From an uncultured Gammaproteobacteria bacterium (GTDB lineage Bacteria > Pseudomonadota > Gammaproteobacteria > SURF-13), in contig CAMTVY010000005.1 of assembly GCA_947085325.1 (NCBI GenBank), forward strand, positions 26,522 through 90,521: a DNA stretch of 64,000 nucleotides. Reading direction: 5' to 3'. The translations under genes were made by a program, and so were the position numbers. Below, piece after piece: positions 1 through 11,695 of the stretch (within the stretch, counting starts at the first letter, position 1; every line of letters begins with the position of its first letter). A model generated the notes under the pieces. It had not been told where the DNA came from, did not search any database, and saw only the letters and a program-made list of their open reading frames with translations.

Positions 1-459
1 AGCTGGTGGGGGAGCGGTGAGGGCATGAGCTGGATGCGTGATATTGCCACCACGCTGTCGCCGGGCCAGCCATTGTACGTAATGACGTATGCGGCCCTGA
101 TTATATTTTTCTGCTTCTTTTATACGGCGCTGGTGTTTAACCCGAAAGAGACGGCAGACAACTTGAAGAAGTCCGGTGCGTTTATCCCGGGCATACGGCC
201 AGGAGACCAGACCGCGCATTATATCGACGCCGTGACTACGAGGCTGACCACAGTAGGCGCCATCTACATCACGCTGGTCTGTTTGCTGCCGGAGTTCCTG
301 ATTGTGTACTGGAATGTGCCGTTTTATTTTGGGGGAACCTCGCTTTTGATTATTGTAGTGGTGGTAATGGATTTTATTGCGCAGGTTCAAGCGCATTTAA
401 TGTCTCACCAGTACGATGGCCTGCTGAAAAAGGCCAACCTGAGAGGGCAGTCCCGTTAG
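1..459 (+). CDS. secY: Preprotein translocase SecY, 3' part (truncated by window edge)
   Basis: Open frame from base 1; motifs [19 protein letters not shown] and [14 protein letters not shown]; upstream of rpmJ. Confidence 0.98.
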   Translation, partial: SWWGSGEGMSWMRDIATTLSPGQPLYVMTYAALIIFFCFFYTALVFNPKETADNLKKSGAFIPGIRPGDQTAHYIDAVTTRLTTVGAIYITLVCLLPEFLIVYWNVPFYFGGTSLLIIVVVVMDFIAQVQAHLMSHQYDGLLKKANLRGQSR

Positions 460-500
460 GGTGCGGAATCGTGTTCTGAGAGTAGTGCGGAGAATAGTTT

Positions 501-614
501 ATGAAAGTACGGGCTTCAGTAAAAAAGCTGTGTCGCAACTGCAAAATCCTGCGGCGCAAGAGTATCTTACGCGTCATCTGTACCAACGCGCGCCATAAAC
601 AGCGTCAGGGCTGA
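501..614 (+). CDS. rpmJ: 50S ribosomal protein L36 (37 aa, not in ORF track)
   Basis: Manual translation [37 protein letters not shown]; GGAG SD upstream. Confidence 0.98.
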   Translation: MKVRASVKKLCRNCKILRRKSILRVICTNARHKQRQG

Positions 615-628
615 GCGTGGCAGACAGA

Positions 629-657
629 TTGATTATTAGCCCCTGAATGCGTATACT
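629..657 (+). promoter_or_regulatory. Sigma70-like alpha-operon promoter
   Basis: TTGATT-17 bp-TATACT upstream of rpsM. Confidence 0.65.
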
Positions 658-703
658 TAACAGTTTTTCAAGGGCATTATTTCTCATAAGAGAGTATGGT
701 TGA

Positions 704-1063
704 ATGGCCAGAATTGCAGGCATAAATATCCCGGTTCAGAAGCATGCTGCGATAGCATTAACATCGATCTACGGCATCGGACACACCCGCGCACGCGCCA
801 TCTGTGCCGCTGCCGGTGTTGAACCCAATATCAAGATCAAGAGCTTGACCGAAGCACAGGTTGAAGCGCTACGCGCTGAAGTGGCAAAGGTCAGGGTTGA
901 GGGCGACCTTCGGCGTGAAGTGTCGATGAGCATCAAGCGTCTGATGGATCTCGGTTGTTATCGTGGGCTGCGCCATCGTCGTGGTCTCCCGGTACGCGGT
1001 CAGCGTACCCGTACTAACGCACGTACTCGCAAGGGTCCGCGCAAAGCCATTCGCAAAACATAA
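704..1063 (+). CDS. rpsM: 30S ribosomal protein S13
   Basis: [10 protein letters not shown]; [25 protein letters not shown]. Confidence 0.99.
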   Translation: MARIAGINIPVQKHAAIALTSIYGIGHTRARAICAAAGVEPNIKIKSLTEAQVEALRAEVAKVRVEGDLRREVSMSIKRLMDLGCYRGLRHRRGLPVRGQRTRTNARTRKGPRKAIRKT

Positions 1064-1072
1064 CAGGCCTAT

Positions 1073-1465
1073 ATGGTAGTCAAAACAGCTTCGCGTGCCC
1101 GTAAAAAGGCCAAGAAAAATGTCGTCGATGGTATGGCTCATGTACATGCATCGTTCAATAACACCATCATCACGATTACCGATCGTCAGGGCAATGCCTT
1201 GAGTTGGGCGTCAGCCGGTGGCTGTGGCTTCCGCGGTTCGCGGAAGAGCACACCCTTTGCGGCACAGGTGGCAGCCGAGAAGGCTGGTACTGCGGCGCTG
1301 GAATGCGGTGTCAAAAGCCTCGAAGTATTCATCAAGGGCCCAGGGCCTGGCCGTGAATACGCGGTGCGCGCACTCAATGCGGTGGGCTTCAAGGTCACCA
1401 ATATCACTGATGTGACGCCGATACCGCACAACGGTTGCCGTCCCCCGAAACGTCGTCGCGTTTGA
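1073..1465 (+). CDS. rpsK: 30S ribosomal protein S11
   Basis: [37 protein letters not shown]. Confidence 0.99.
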   Translation: MVVKTASRARKKAKKNVVDGMAHVHASFNNTIITITDRQGNALSWASAGGCGFRGSRKSTPFAAQVAAEKAGTAALECGVKSLEVFIKGPGPGREYAVRALNAVGFKVTNITDVTPIPHNGCRPPKRRRV

Positions 1466-1479
1466 GTCTGGAGTAAGTC

Positions 1480-2106
1480 TTGGCTAAATATACAGGTCCG
1501 AAGTGTCGTTTGTGCCGTCGTGAGGGCGAGAAGCTCTTCCTCAAGGGCGAAAAGTGTTTTACCAGCAAGTGCGCGATGGAGAATCGTGCCTTTCCGCCGG
1601 GCCAGCATGGTCAGCGTCGTACGCGCCTGACTGACTACGCCCATCAGTTGCGTGAAAAGCAGAAGCTGCGCCGCGTCTATGGCGTGCTGGAAGGCCAGTT
1701 CCGCAGCTACTATGCCGAAGCTGACAGCCGCAAGGGTTCGACGGGCGAGTTGCTGCTGCAGCTGCTGGAAGGCCGCCTGGACAACGTCGTCTATCGCATG
1801 GGTTTTGGCGCTTCGCGCTCGGAAGCGCGGCAGTTGGTGCGTCACAACGCGATCACGGTCAATGGCAGGAAGGTCAATATCCCGAGCTACCAGGTGCAGC
1901 CCAATGATGTCATTGCTGCTACGGATGCAGCAAAAGAGCAACTACGCATCAAGGCAGCCATGGAAATGGCCCAGCAGCGCGGTTTTTCAGACTGGATTGA
2001 TGTCGATGTCACAAAGTTGCAAGGCATATTCAAGGCCCTGCCGGAGCGTAGCGAGCTTTCAGCCGACATAAAAGAACATCTGATCGTTGAGTTGTACTCG
2101 AAGTAA
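1480..2106 (+). CDS. rpsD: 30S ribosomal protein S4 (TTG start)
   Basis: [30 protein letters not shown]. Confidence 0.99.
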   Translation: MAKYTGPKCRLCRREGEKLFLKGEKCFTSKCAMENRAFPPGQHGQRRTRLTDYAHQLREKQKLRRVYGVLEGQFRSYYAEADSRKGSTGELLLQLLEGRLDNVVYRMGFGASRSEARQLVRHNAITVNGRKVNIPSYQVQPNDVIAATDAAKEQLRIKAAMEMAQQRGFSDWIDVDVTKLQGIFKALPERSELSADIKEHLIVELYSK

Positions 2107-2133
2107 ACCAGGCAATTCAAAAGAGGATTTAAT

Positions 2134-3132
2134 ATGCAGGGTTCAGTCGCCGAATTCTTGAAGCCACGTCTGGTCTCTGTCCAAACGATTAATGACAGGC
2201 ACGCCAAGGTAACACTGGAGCCGCTCGAACGCGGTTTTGGACACACCTTGGGTAATGCGTTGCGCCGTATCCTGCTGTCTTCCATGCCGGGTTGCGCAGT
2301 AGTTGAAGCTGAAATCGACAGCGTGTTGCACGAATACACCAGCATTGAAGGTGTGCAGGAGGACGTAGTCGAAATCCTGCTTAACCTCAAGGGCCTGGCG
2401 ATACGTATGCATGCCCGTGACGAAGCCAAGCTCACGCTGCGAAAAAAGGGCCAGGGTGTGGTGCTGGCGCGTGATATCACGCTTGATCATGATGTCGAAA
2501 TCATGAACCCCGACCACGTCATTGCCCATTTGACCAAGTCGGGCGAAATCAACATGACCTTGCTGGTGAAACGCGGCAGAGGCTATGAGCCGGCTGCACA
2601 GCGCCTGAACCTGGAAGAAGACCGCAAGATCGGCACGCTCAGCCTGGATGCGTCATTCAGCCCGGTGCACCGCGTGACCTACGCCGTAGAGCGCGCGCGT
2701 GTCGAACAGCGCACCGACCTCGACAAGCTGGTGATCGATATCGAAACCAACGGTACTGTTGACCCGGAAGAAGCAATCCGTCGCGCCGCGACGATCTTGC
2801 AGGATCAGCTATCCACCTTCGTCGAGCTGAAGGGCAGCGAGGAAATCCACCCGGCTACGATGCAGGCCGAGATTGACCCGATCCTGCTGCGCCCGGTAGA
2901 CGATCTTGAGCTGACGGTACGTTCGGCCAACTGTCTCAAGGCGGAAAATATCCACTACATCGGCGACCTGATACAGCGCAGCGAAAACGAGTTGCTGAAG
3001 ACGCCGAACCTGGGCAAGAAGTCGCTTACGGAGATCAAGGACGTGCTGGCCACTCACAGCCTTTCACTGGGCATGCGTCTGGAGAACTGGCCGCCGGCGC
3101 ATCTGCGTGACAAAGAAAAGGCATCTGCCTGA
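2134..3132 (+). CDS. rpoA: RNA polymerase alpha subunit
   Basis: [23 protein letters not shown]; [14 protein letters not shown]. Confidence 0.99.
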   Translation: MQGSVAEFLKPRLVSVQTINDRHAKVTLEPLERGFGHTLGNALRRILLSSMPGCAVVEAEIDSVLHEYTSIEGVQEDVVEILLNLKGLAIRMHARDEAKLTLRKKGQGVVLARDITLDHDVEIMNPDHVIAHLTKSGEINMTLLVKRGRGYEPAAQRLNLEEDRKIGTLSLDASFSPVHRVTYAVERARVEQRTDLDKLVIDIETNGTVDPEEAIRRAATILQDQLSTFVELKGSEEIHPATMQAEIDPILLRPVDDLELTVRSANCLKAENIHYIGDLIQRSENELLKTPNLGKKSLTEIKDVLATHSLSLGMRLENWPPAHLRDKEKASA

Positions 3133-3158
3133 CATTTTAAGGATTCAGGGAATTTTTT

Positions 3159-3548
3159 ATGCGCCACCGTAACGCTGGACGTCAGTTAAGCCGCAACAGC
3201 TCGCACCGCGCCGCCATGTTTAAAAACATGGCCGCTGCACTGTTGCGCCACGAAGTAATAGAGACCACACTGCCCAAGGCCAAGGATCTACGCCGTGTGA
3301 TAGAGCCGCTGATCACGCTGGCCAAGATCGACAGCGTTTCCAAGCGCCGTCTGGCCTATGCCCGCATCCATGACCGCGAAATGGTCACCAAGCTGTTCAA
3401 CGAAATCGGCCCGCGCTACAAGACGCGCCCGGGTGGTTATCTGCGTATTCTGAAGTGCGGTTTCCGTACTGGCGATACGGCGCCGATGGCGCTGGTGGAG
3501 CTGGTGGATCGTCCGCAGCCGGAAGAAGTGAAAGCAGCCGCGAAGTAA
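3159..3548 (+). CDS. rplQ: 50S ribosomal protein L17
   Basis: [17 protein letters not shown]; [10 protein letters not shown]. Confidence 0.99.
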   Translation: MRHRNAGRQLSRNSSHRAAMFKNMAAALLRHEVIETTLPKAKDLRRVIEPLITLAKIDSVSKRRLAYARIHDREMVTKLFNEIGPRYKTRPGGYLRILKCGFRTGDTAPMALVELVDRPQPEEVKAAAK

Positions 3549-3566
3549 CGCGTGTTACGTGATACT

Positions 3567-3594
3567 AAAAAGGCCGAGCTTGCTCGGCTTTTTT
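3567..3594 (+). terminator. Intrinsic terminator of the alpha operon
   Basis: AAAAAG-GCCGAG-CTTG-CTCGGC-TTTTTT. Confidence 0.9.
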
Positions 3595-3617
3595 GTTTTC
3601 AAGGGATAGGGAAACGC

Positions 3618-4640
3618 ATGAACTACCTGTCGGGCATATTACGTACCGCCGCCGTAGCGTTTGTTGTCTGTTCACAGCCGCTGCTGGCCTTTGAGGTGTT
3701 CTCGCCCCTGCCGCTCAGTGCGCCCATCCCGGCGGATAATCCGCAGACGCCTGCCAAGATTGCACTCGGCAAACAGCTTTATGTCGATACCCGACTCTCG
3801 GTCAACAGAACCGTTTCCTGCAACATCTGCCATGCATTGAGCAAAGGGGGTGCCGACGCCCGTGTCCGGTCCCTGGGCGCACTCGGCAAACGCCCGCGAC
3901 GCTCTACACCTAGCGTGTTAAATGCGGCTTTCCAGAGCGTGCAATTCCGGGATGGACGCGCGGAGAGTCTTGAGGCGGCGATTAAGGATCACCTGCTCGA
4001 GCCCACTGTGCTGGGAAACCCGGACGAAGCCAGCTTGACTGCCCGCATTACGGCGAGAAAAAACTACCGAAAACTGTTCTCCGAGGCATTTGGCAAACAG
4101 CAGACAGGCACAGCCGACAACATTGCCAAGGCGGTTGCGGCCTATGTGCGTACGCTGATCACGCCTGACAGTGGCTTTGACCGCTATCTGAAGGGCGACA
4201 AGAAAGCGCTCAGTGCAGACGCACGCCGTGGGTTTGAGGAGTTCCAGGCGGTGGGCTGCTCGGCCTGTCATTTCGGCATAAATCTTTCCGGCCCGCCGAT
4301 GGCTATGGGGGAGGGGTTTTACGAGCTGTTCCCCAATTATGTCGGCAGCGCGTATGACCGGAAATACAATCTGGTGACGGATGATTTAGGGCGTTATGAA
4401 GCGACCCAGGAGGACATTCACAAACGTTTGTTTCAGGTGCCTACGCTGCGGAACATCGCGCTCACCGCGCCTTATTTCCACACCGGTAGCGTGCCGACGC
4501 TGGGCGAGGCCGTGCGCGTGATGGCCAAGACCCAATTACAGCAAGATTTGAGTGATGAGCAGGTGAAGTCTATTGTCGCGTTTCTAAGCAGTCTGACCGG
4601 AAAACTTCCGAAGGAAACCGTAACCAGGCTGCCCGATTAA
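3618..4640 (+). CDS. Periplasmic di-heme cytochrome c peroxidase (CCP/MauG) family protein with atypical active-site residues
   Basis: Signal peptide, CNICH and CSACH heme motifs, LGKQLYVDTRLS, FQVPTLRNIALTAPYFHTG; ATG 3618 preferred because the ORF-track start spans the terminator. Confidence 0.88.
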   Translation: MNYLSGILRTAAVAFVVCSQPLLAFEVFSPLPLSAPIPADNPQTPAKIALGKQLYVDTRLSVNRTVSCNICHALSKGGADARVRSLGALGKRPRRSTPSVLNAAFQSVQFRDGRAESLEAAIKDHLLEPTVLGNPDEASLTARITARKNYRKLFSEAFGKQQTGTADNIAKAVAAYVRTLITPDSGFDRYLKGDKKALSADARRGFEEFQAVGCSACHFGINLSGPPMAMGEGFYELFPNYVGSAYDRKYNLVTDDLGRYEATQEDIHKRLFQVPTLRNIALTAPYFHTGSVPTLGEAVRVMAKTQLQQDLSDEQVKSIVAFLSSLTGKLPKETVTRLPD

Positions 4641-4704
4641 ATTTCCTCAGCGTGGCAGGGTGGGCTAGGTGTCAGCCGTATTCTGCCCCTGTGCTTGTTT
4701 GAAA

Positions 4705-5976
4705 TTAAATATTGAAAGCTACCCACCCCGCGCCAGCGCCCACAGCGATGGACAGCATGCCCGTAGCGGTCTTGCGCGCCAGTGCCGTGCCGCCGATAAA
4801 CAGCATCAGGCCGAATTTGAACGCAAGGTTGGCGACAAAGGCGAGGGTGATCGCTGTCACTACCGGGCTTTCGGCCAGTTTGCCAAGTGCAAACAGGCGC
4901 AGGCTGGACAGCGTGATCGGATCCACGTCGGCGAGGCCGGACGCCAGCGCCACGGCATACAGCCCCTGATTGCCCGCGTAATCGGCCAGCCAGGCAGCGG
5001 CGAACAGCACCGCCGCGTAGAGCAGGCCGAAGCCCAGCGCAGTGCGTAGCTCGGTGGGATTGTTGAGTTCCAGGGCGGGCAACGCGGCATCACTGTGCAG
5101 GCCGCGCCAAAACAGGGCTGTACCGGCTAATCCTGCAAGCAGGCCGCCACCCAGCACCGGCAGCAGCGCGGGCAGCAGGTTTGGTGATACTACGGCGGCA
5201 ATGACCCCCAGCCGTACCAGCACCATCAGGTTGGCAAGCAGGATCACCACTGCGGCAATTGGAACCAATTCCACGTTGCCGCGCGCGTGGCGCGCGAACA
5301 CCAGGGTGGTGGCGGTGCTCGACACCAGCCCGCCGAACAGTCCCATAAGCGGTGCGCCGTGGCGCCGGCCGACGATGCGGAGGGCGGCGTAACCCGCGAG
5401 GCTCATGCCGGAGATCAGCACCACCATCCACCATATGCGGTAGGGGTTGAGGGCCTGGTAGGGGCCGTAATTCTGATTCGGCAGGAGCGGCAGGATCACC
5501 AGCGACAACACCGCGAATTGCAGGAAAGAAATCAGATCGCGCCGGGTGAGGCTGCGGGTGATGCCGTGCAGCTCGGTCTTGAAGTAGAGCAGCACGGTGG
5601 TCACGATGGCGATCATCACCGCGAGCTGGTGATAGCCATACCACACCATCGCGCCCAGTCCGTAGCACAGCACGATGGCCGCTACCGTGGTGGTGCCCGG
5701 GTCGCCGCCCGCATCGGGAGGGGCGTGAGCGTAGGCCGCCACCATCATGCCGCCCACCACCAGCAGGCCACCGGCCAGCACCCAGGCCGCACCGGTCTGC
5801 TCCGACAACAGCGCCGCCAAGGTGCCGAACAGCGCCACCAGAGTGAACGTGCGCAGCCCCGCCTTGGCCGTGGGCGTGCGCTCCCGCTCCAGACCGATCA
5901 ACATGCCGATGGCCAGACTGATGGCGAAGGCAGGTAGATACTCCAGACCGCCGTTGGCTATGAATTCGGTACTGAT
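4705..5976 (-). CDS. MgtC/SapB family membrane protein with DUF4010-like region; probable start is ATC at 5976 (first in-frame ATG at 5904)
   Basis: LIGLERER, AGLRTFTL, GTTT, GGLVSSTATT; hydrophobic helix continues 24 codons upstream to a GAGGAG SD. Confidence 0.85.
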   Translation of the reverse strand: MSTEFIANGGLEYLPAFAISLAIGMLIGLERERTPTAKAGLRTFTLVALFGTLAALLSEQTGAAWVLAGGLLVVGGMMVAAYAHAPPDAGGDPGTTTVAAIVLCYGLGAMVWYGYHQLAVMIAIVTTVLLYFKTELHGITRSLTRRDLISFLQFAVLSLVILPLLPNQNYGPYQALNPYRIWWMVVLISGMSLAGYAALRIVGRRHGAPLMGLFGGLVSSTATTLVFARHARGNVELVPIAAVVILLANLMVLVRLGVIAAVVSPNLLPALLPVLGGGLLAGLAGTALFWRGLHSDAALPALELNNPTELRTALGFGLLYAAVLFAAAWLADYAGNQGLYAVALASGLADVDPITLSSLRLFALGKLAESPVVTAITLAFVANLAFKFGLMLFIGGTALARKTATGMLSIAVGAGAGWVAFNI

Positions 5977-6000
5977 TTAAATCTCCTCGGCCCTGATCCC

Positions 6001-6110
6001 GTAGGACAGGTTAGGCGCACGCCGTAACCCGCCGGGTGTGGTTTCATGCGACGCAATACGCTGCACTATTGGCCCTACGAGTTCTAGAATCAGCAAGTAG
6101 CCCGGATGCA
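6001..6110. repeat. Cluster of GTAG-tagged REP-like palindromes (6001-6033 +, 6052-6078 -, truncated 6097-6110 +)
   Basis: GTAG tetranucleotide followed by imperfect hairpins, the first two in inverted orientation. Confidence 0.65.
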
Positions 6111-6163
6111 GGGCAACAGGGTCAGGCCTTACATTTGACATGCTCGCCCCAGCCTCAAATCAC

Positions 6164-7009
6164 TCAACCTCGTCCCTCCATCCGTTTTACCGCTCTGCTC
6201 ACTGTCGCGTAACTTACCCCAAAATGCTCACCTACCTGCTCAAGGGTATAGTGCCCGCTAAAATATGCCTGCGACAGGCTCTCATCGCGTTCTTTATAGC
6301 GTTCTGCAAAATAGGATAACGGCTTTACCGGGGATTGTTTTTGCTTCTTGGGGATATCCTTTAGGGATTGCTCTGGATTTAGTTTACTTTGCATGTCGCC
6401 AACAAATCCATCATCGCCCAAATATATCTGATTCTTCAATTTTTGCCAGGGGGAAGGCTGCCCTTTTCCTTGTTGAACAAAGACGCGATAACGTTGTTGT
6501 GCGACATGTTTAGTTTTCGCAAACCCACCCAGCACCCAATCCGTTGTTAGGCAGGCTGCACTTTCCGCATAACCAGCCGTTGCACGACAGCTGCTCCATG
6601 GCCAATCTTTGGCGCTCCGCACCATGCGCGCCCTGACCGGGTTCAAGGCTATATAACGCGCCAACTCAAGAAGGTAGGTATCTTTTTGCACCAAGATGGC
6701 TTTGAATCGGCCTTGAAATACGTGACCTACGCGCTGATGCTGACGATTGTAGTATTGGGTGTAGGTGCCATTGAGAAATTTCATGCCTTTGGAGAGGCTG
6801 GGCGAATTGGTTTCGATCAGCAAATGGTAGTGATTGTCCATCAGGCAATAGGCATGGCAATACCAGTCATAACGCTCTACCGTATTTTGTAGCAAAGATA
6901 AAAACTGCTGGCGATCACTGTCGTCAGCGTAAATATCAGCTTGGGCATTGCCGCGTGCGGTTACATGGTAAAGCGCACCTGCAAATTCAATCCGCAAAGG
7001 CCGCGCCAT
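6164..7009 (-). CDS. REP-associated-type tyrosine transposase (Y1 HUH) with C-terminal helix-turn-helix
   Basis: MARPLRIEFAGALYHVTARGN, AYCLMDNHYHLL (HUH), GHVFQGRFKA, RYIALNPVRA, LEQVGEHFGVSYATVSRAVK; AGGAGG SD. Confidence 0.93.
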   Translation of the reverse strand: MARPLRIEFAGALYHVTARGNAQADIYADDSDRQQFLSLLQNTVERYDWYCHAYCLMDNHYHLLIETNSPSLSKGMKFLNGTYTQYYNRQHQRVGHVFQGRFKAILVQKDTYLLELARYIALNPVRARMVRSAKDWPWSSCRATAGYAESAACLTTDWVLGGFAKTKHVAQQRYRVFVQQGKGQPSPWQKLKNQIYLGDDGFVGDMQSKLNPEQSLKDIPKKQKQSPVKPLSYFAERYKERDESLSQAYFSGHYTLEQVGEHFGVSYATVSRAVKRMEGRG

Positions 7010-7039
7010 CTCTGCCTCCTGTCATATTACGTTCGGCAC

Positions 7040-7068
7040 AGGATAAAACGTAATAACAAGATTGTCAA
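7040..7068 (-). promoter_or_regulatory. Putative promoter of the Y1 gene, with -35 inside the right inverted repeat
   Basis: Minus strand TTGACA-17 bp-TATCCT. Confidence 0.55.
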
Positions 7069-7127
7069 ATGTAAGGCCTGACCCCATGCAGTTCATGCAG
7101 TTATGTAAGGCCTGACCCCATGCAGTT
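7069..7127. repeat. Direct duplication of the element end plus flank
   Basis: ATGTAAGGCCTGACCCCATGCAGTT at 7069-7093 and 7103-7127, separated by an extra CATGCAGTT. Confidence 0.95.
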
Positions 7128-7181
7128 AGTTCGAGCAAAGGTTTCGGGCTGCTTGATGTCGCCAATAATTTCAAAGTCCAT
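7101..7181 (-). pseudogene. 5' fragment of a small hypothetical (possibly toxin-antitoxin-like) gene truncated at the element end
   Basis: TAGAAT-6 nt-ATG; MDFEIIGDIKQPETFAR then runs into repeat sequence and stops; family resemblance from memory only. Confidence 0.45.
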
Positions 7182-7290
7182 GCGCGGATTCTAACGCAGC
7201 AGACTGAAACTGCCTAACTAGACACCCTAAAACGTATGGCTGAATTATACACCTGCTGGATGGAGGAGAGTTTATCGGAAGGGTGAGCTG

Positions 7291-10119
<2,829 letters not shown>

Positions 10120-10188
10120 GAAGGATTCCGGCCGGGTAAATAAACCTGTTAATATACGGGTTTAGAGAAGCAAAAGGAAACTCACTCC

Positions 10189-11577
10189 ATGCAGCAAACG
10201 GGCATGACCTCAGGGGAGCGCCGTGCCACTTTCTCACTTGCCGCTATCTACGCCTTGCGTATGCTGGGATTGTTCCTGATCCTGCCGGTATTTGCGCTTT
10301 ACGCCCACGACCACCTGCCTGACTCCACCCCTGCGCTGATCGGCCTCGCCATCGGCGTGTATGGCCTGTCGCAGGCCATCCTGCAAATCCCGCTGGGGAT
10401 GCTGTCCGACCGTATCGGGCGCAACCCGGTGATTATCGGCGGCCTGCTGCTGTTTGCGCTGGGTAGCGTGGTGGCGGCGATGGCGGACAGCATTGCCGGC
10501 GTGATTGTCGGTCGCGCACTGCAAGGCAGCGGGGCGATTGCCGCCGCCGTCATGGCGCTGGCCGCCGACCACACACGCGAGGAGCACCGTACCAAGGCCA
10601 TGGCGGTGATCGGCATGACTATCGGCGTTTCCTTTGCCTTTGCGCTGGTGGCAGGCCCGCTGCTGAATAGCTGGATCGGCGTGCCGGGTATTTTCTGGCT
10701 CACCGCCGTGCTCGCGCTGGGGGGTATCGCGGTGCTGAAGCTGGGGGTGCCGCAAGCGGTCGAAAGCCATTTTCACCGCGATACCGAAGCCATGCCGACG
10801 AAGTTCGGAAGTGTGTTGAAGAATGTCGAGTTGCTGCGGCTCAATTTCGGCATTATGGCCTTGCACGCGATGCTGATGGCCAGCTTTGTGGCGCTGCCCT
10901 TCGCCCTGCGCGAGCAGGCCGGCCTGCCGGTGGACCAACACTGGCAGGTCTATCTTCCGGTGCTGCTGCTGGCCCTGGCGCTGATGGTGCCGTTTATTGT
11001 CATAGCGGAGAAAAAGCGCCGCATGAAGGAGGTGTTTGTCGGCGCCATCGTCTTGCTGGGCCTGTCCGAGCTGGTGTTGGCCCTGTTTTACAATTCCGTG
11101 GCCGGTATCACCGTGGCCTTGCTCATGTTCTTTATCAGTTTCAATGTGTTGGAAGGGACACTTCCGTCGCTGATATCGAAGACCGCGCCGGTCGATGCCA
11201 AGGGCACGGCGCTGGGTGTCTACTCCACCAGCCAGTTTCTGGGGGCCTTCGCCGGGGGCATTCTGGGGGGCTGGGTATATGGCTTGGAGGGGGCGGTCGG
11301 GGTGTTCGTGCTGTGCGCCGTGCTGGCGGGGCTCTGGGCTGCGGTGGCCTATGGCATGGCCAGCCCGCGCTATCTGAAAAGTTATTTGCTTAAAGTGGGG
11401 CTGCTGGACGACAATCAGGGACGGGCCCTGGCCGAGCGTATCCGGCAGGTTCCGGGCGTGGCAGAGGCGGTGGTGGCGGACGGCACGGCCTATCTCAAGG
11501 TGGATGCCCTGCTACTGGACGAAGCGGCGTTACGCGAGTTTTCCGGCGACGCACAGGGACGTGCTAGTGTCGCGTGA
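10189..11577 (+). CDS. MFS transporter, YajR-like
   Basis: LRMLGLFLILPV, GMLSDRIGR motif A, C-terminal YLKVD; uvrA-MFS-ssb synteny. Confidence 0.92.
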   Translation: MQQTGMTSGERRATFSLAAIYALRMLGLFLILPVFALYAHDHLPDSTPALIGLAIGVYGLSQAILQIPLGMLSDRIGRNPVIIGGLLLFALGSVVAAMADSIAGVIVGRALQGSGAIAAAVMALAADHTREEHRTKAMAVIGMTIGVSFAFALVAGPLLNSWIGVPGIFWLTAVLALGGIAVLKLGVPQAVESHFHRDTEAMPTKFGSVLKNVELLRLNFGIMALHAMLMASFVALPFALREQAGLPVDQHWQVYLPVLLLALALMVPFIVIAEKKRRMKEVFVGAIVLLGLSELVLALFYNSVAGITVALLMFFISFNVLEGTLPSLISKTAPVDAKGTALGVYSTSQFLGAFAGGILGGWVYGLEGAVGVFVLCAVLAGLWAAVAYGMASPRYLKSYLLKVGLLDDNQGRALAERIRQVPGVAEAVVADGTAYLKVDALLLDEAALREFSGDAQGRASVA

Positions 11578-11654
11578 GGCAAGGACGCCAGGAGCGACCG
11601 ACGCACAGGGACGTGCTAGTGTCGCGTGAGGCAGGATGCCAGGAGGGAGCGACC
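11547..11654 (+). repeat. Tandem pair of a ~52-bp double-hairpin element
   Basis: CGACGCACAGGGACGTGCTAGTGTCGCGTGAGGCA identical at 11547 and 11599, each followed by a variant GGAYGCCAGGAG..CGACC tail. Confidence 0.95.
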
Positions 11655-11695
11655 GGCGCGCAGACTGGCAAAACAGACAAGCGAGGAGAGATGAC

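Larger units (their letters stand above)
6119..7084 (-). mobile_element. 966-bp Y1/HUH transposase element bounded by perfect 22-bp inverted repeats
   Basis: GGGTCAGGCCTTACATTTGACA (6119-6140) and its exact reverse complement (7063-7084); visibly more AT-rich than flanks. Confidence 0.85.

Noticed and set aside
1357-1362. RpsK GREYAVR (Tyr where Ser is usual)
   Set aside because: Single base difference; cannot be told from a sequencing error.
10131-10162. LexA box in the uvrA/MFS intergenic region
   Set aside because: CTGTTAATATACGG and neighbours do not fit CTG-N10-CAG without multiple mismatches or wrong spacing.
11547-11654. Possible mini CRISPR array
   Set aside because: Only two units; the intervening sequences are near-identical rather than unique spacers; no cas genes.
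11636-11695. N-terminal extension of SSB in the ORF track
   Set aside because: That ATG lies inside the repeat; the conserved start with SD is at 11696.
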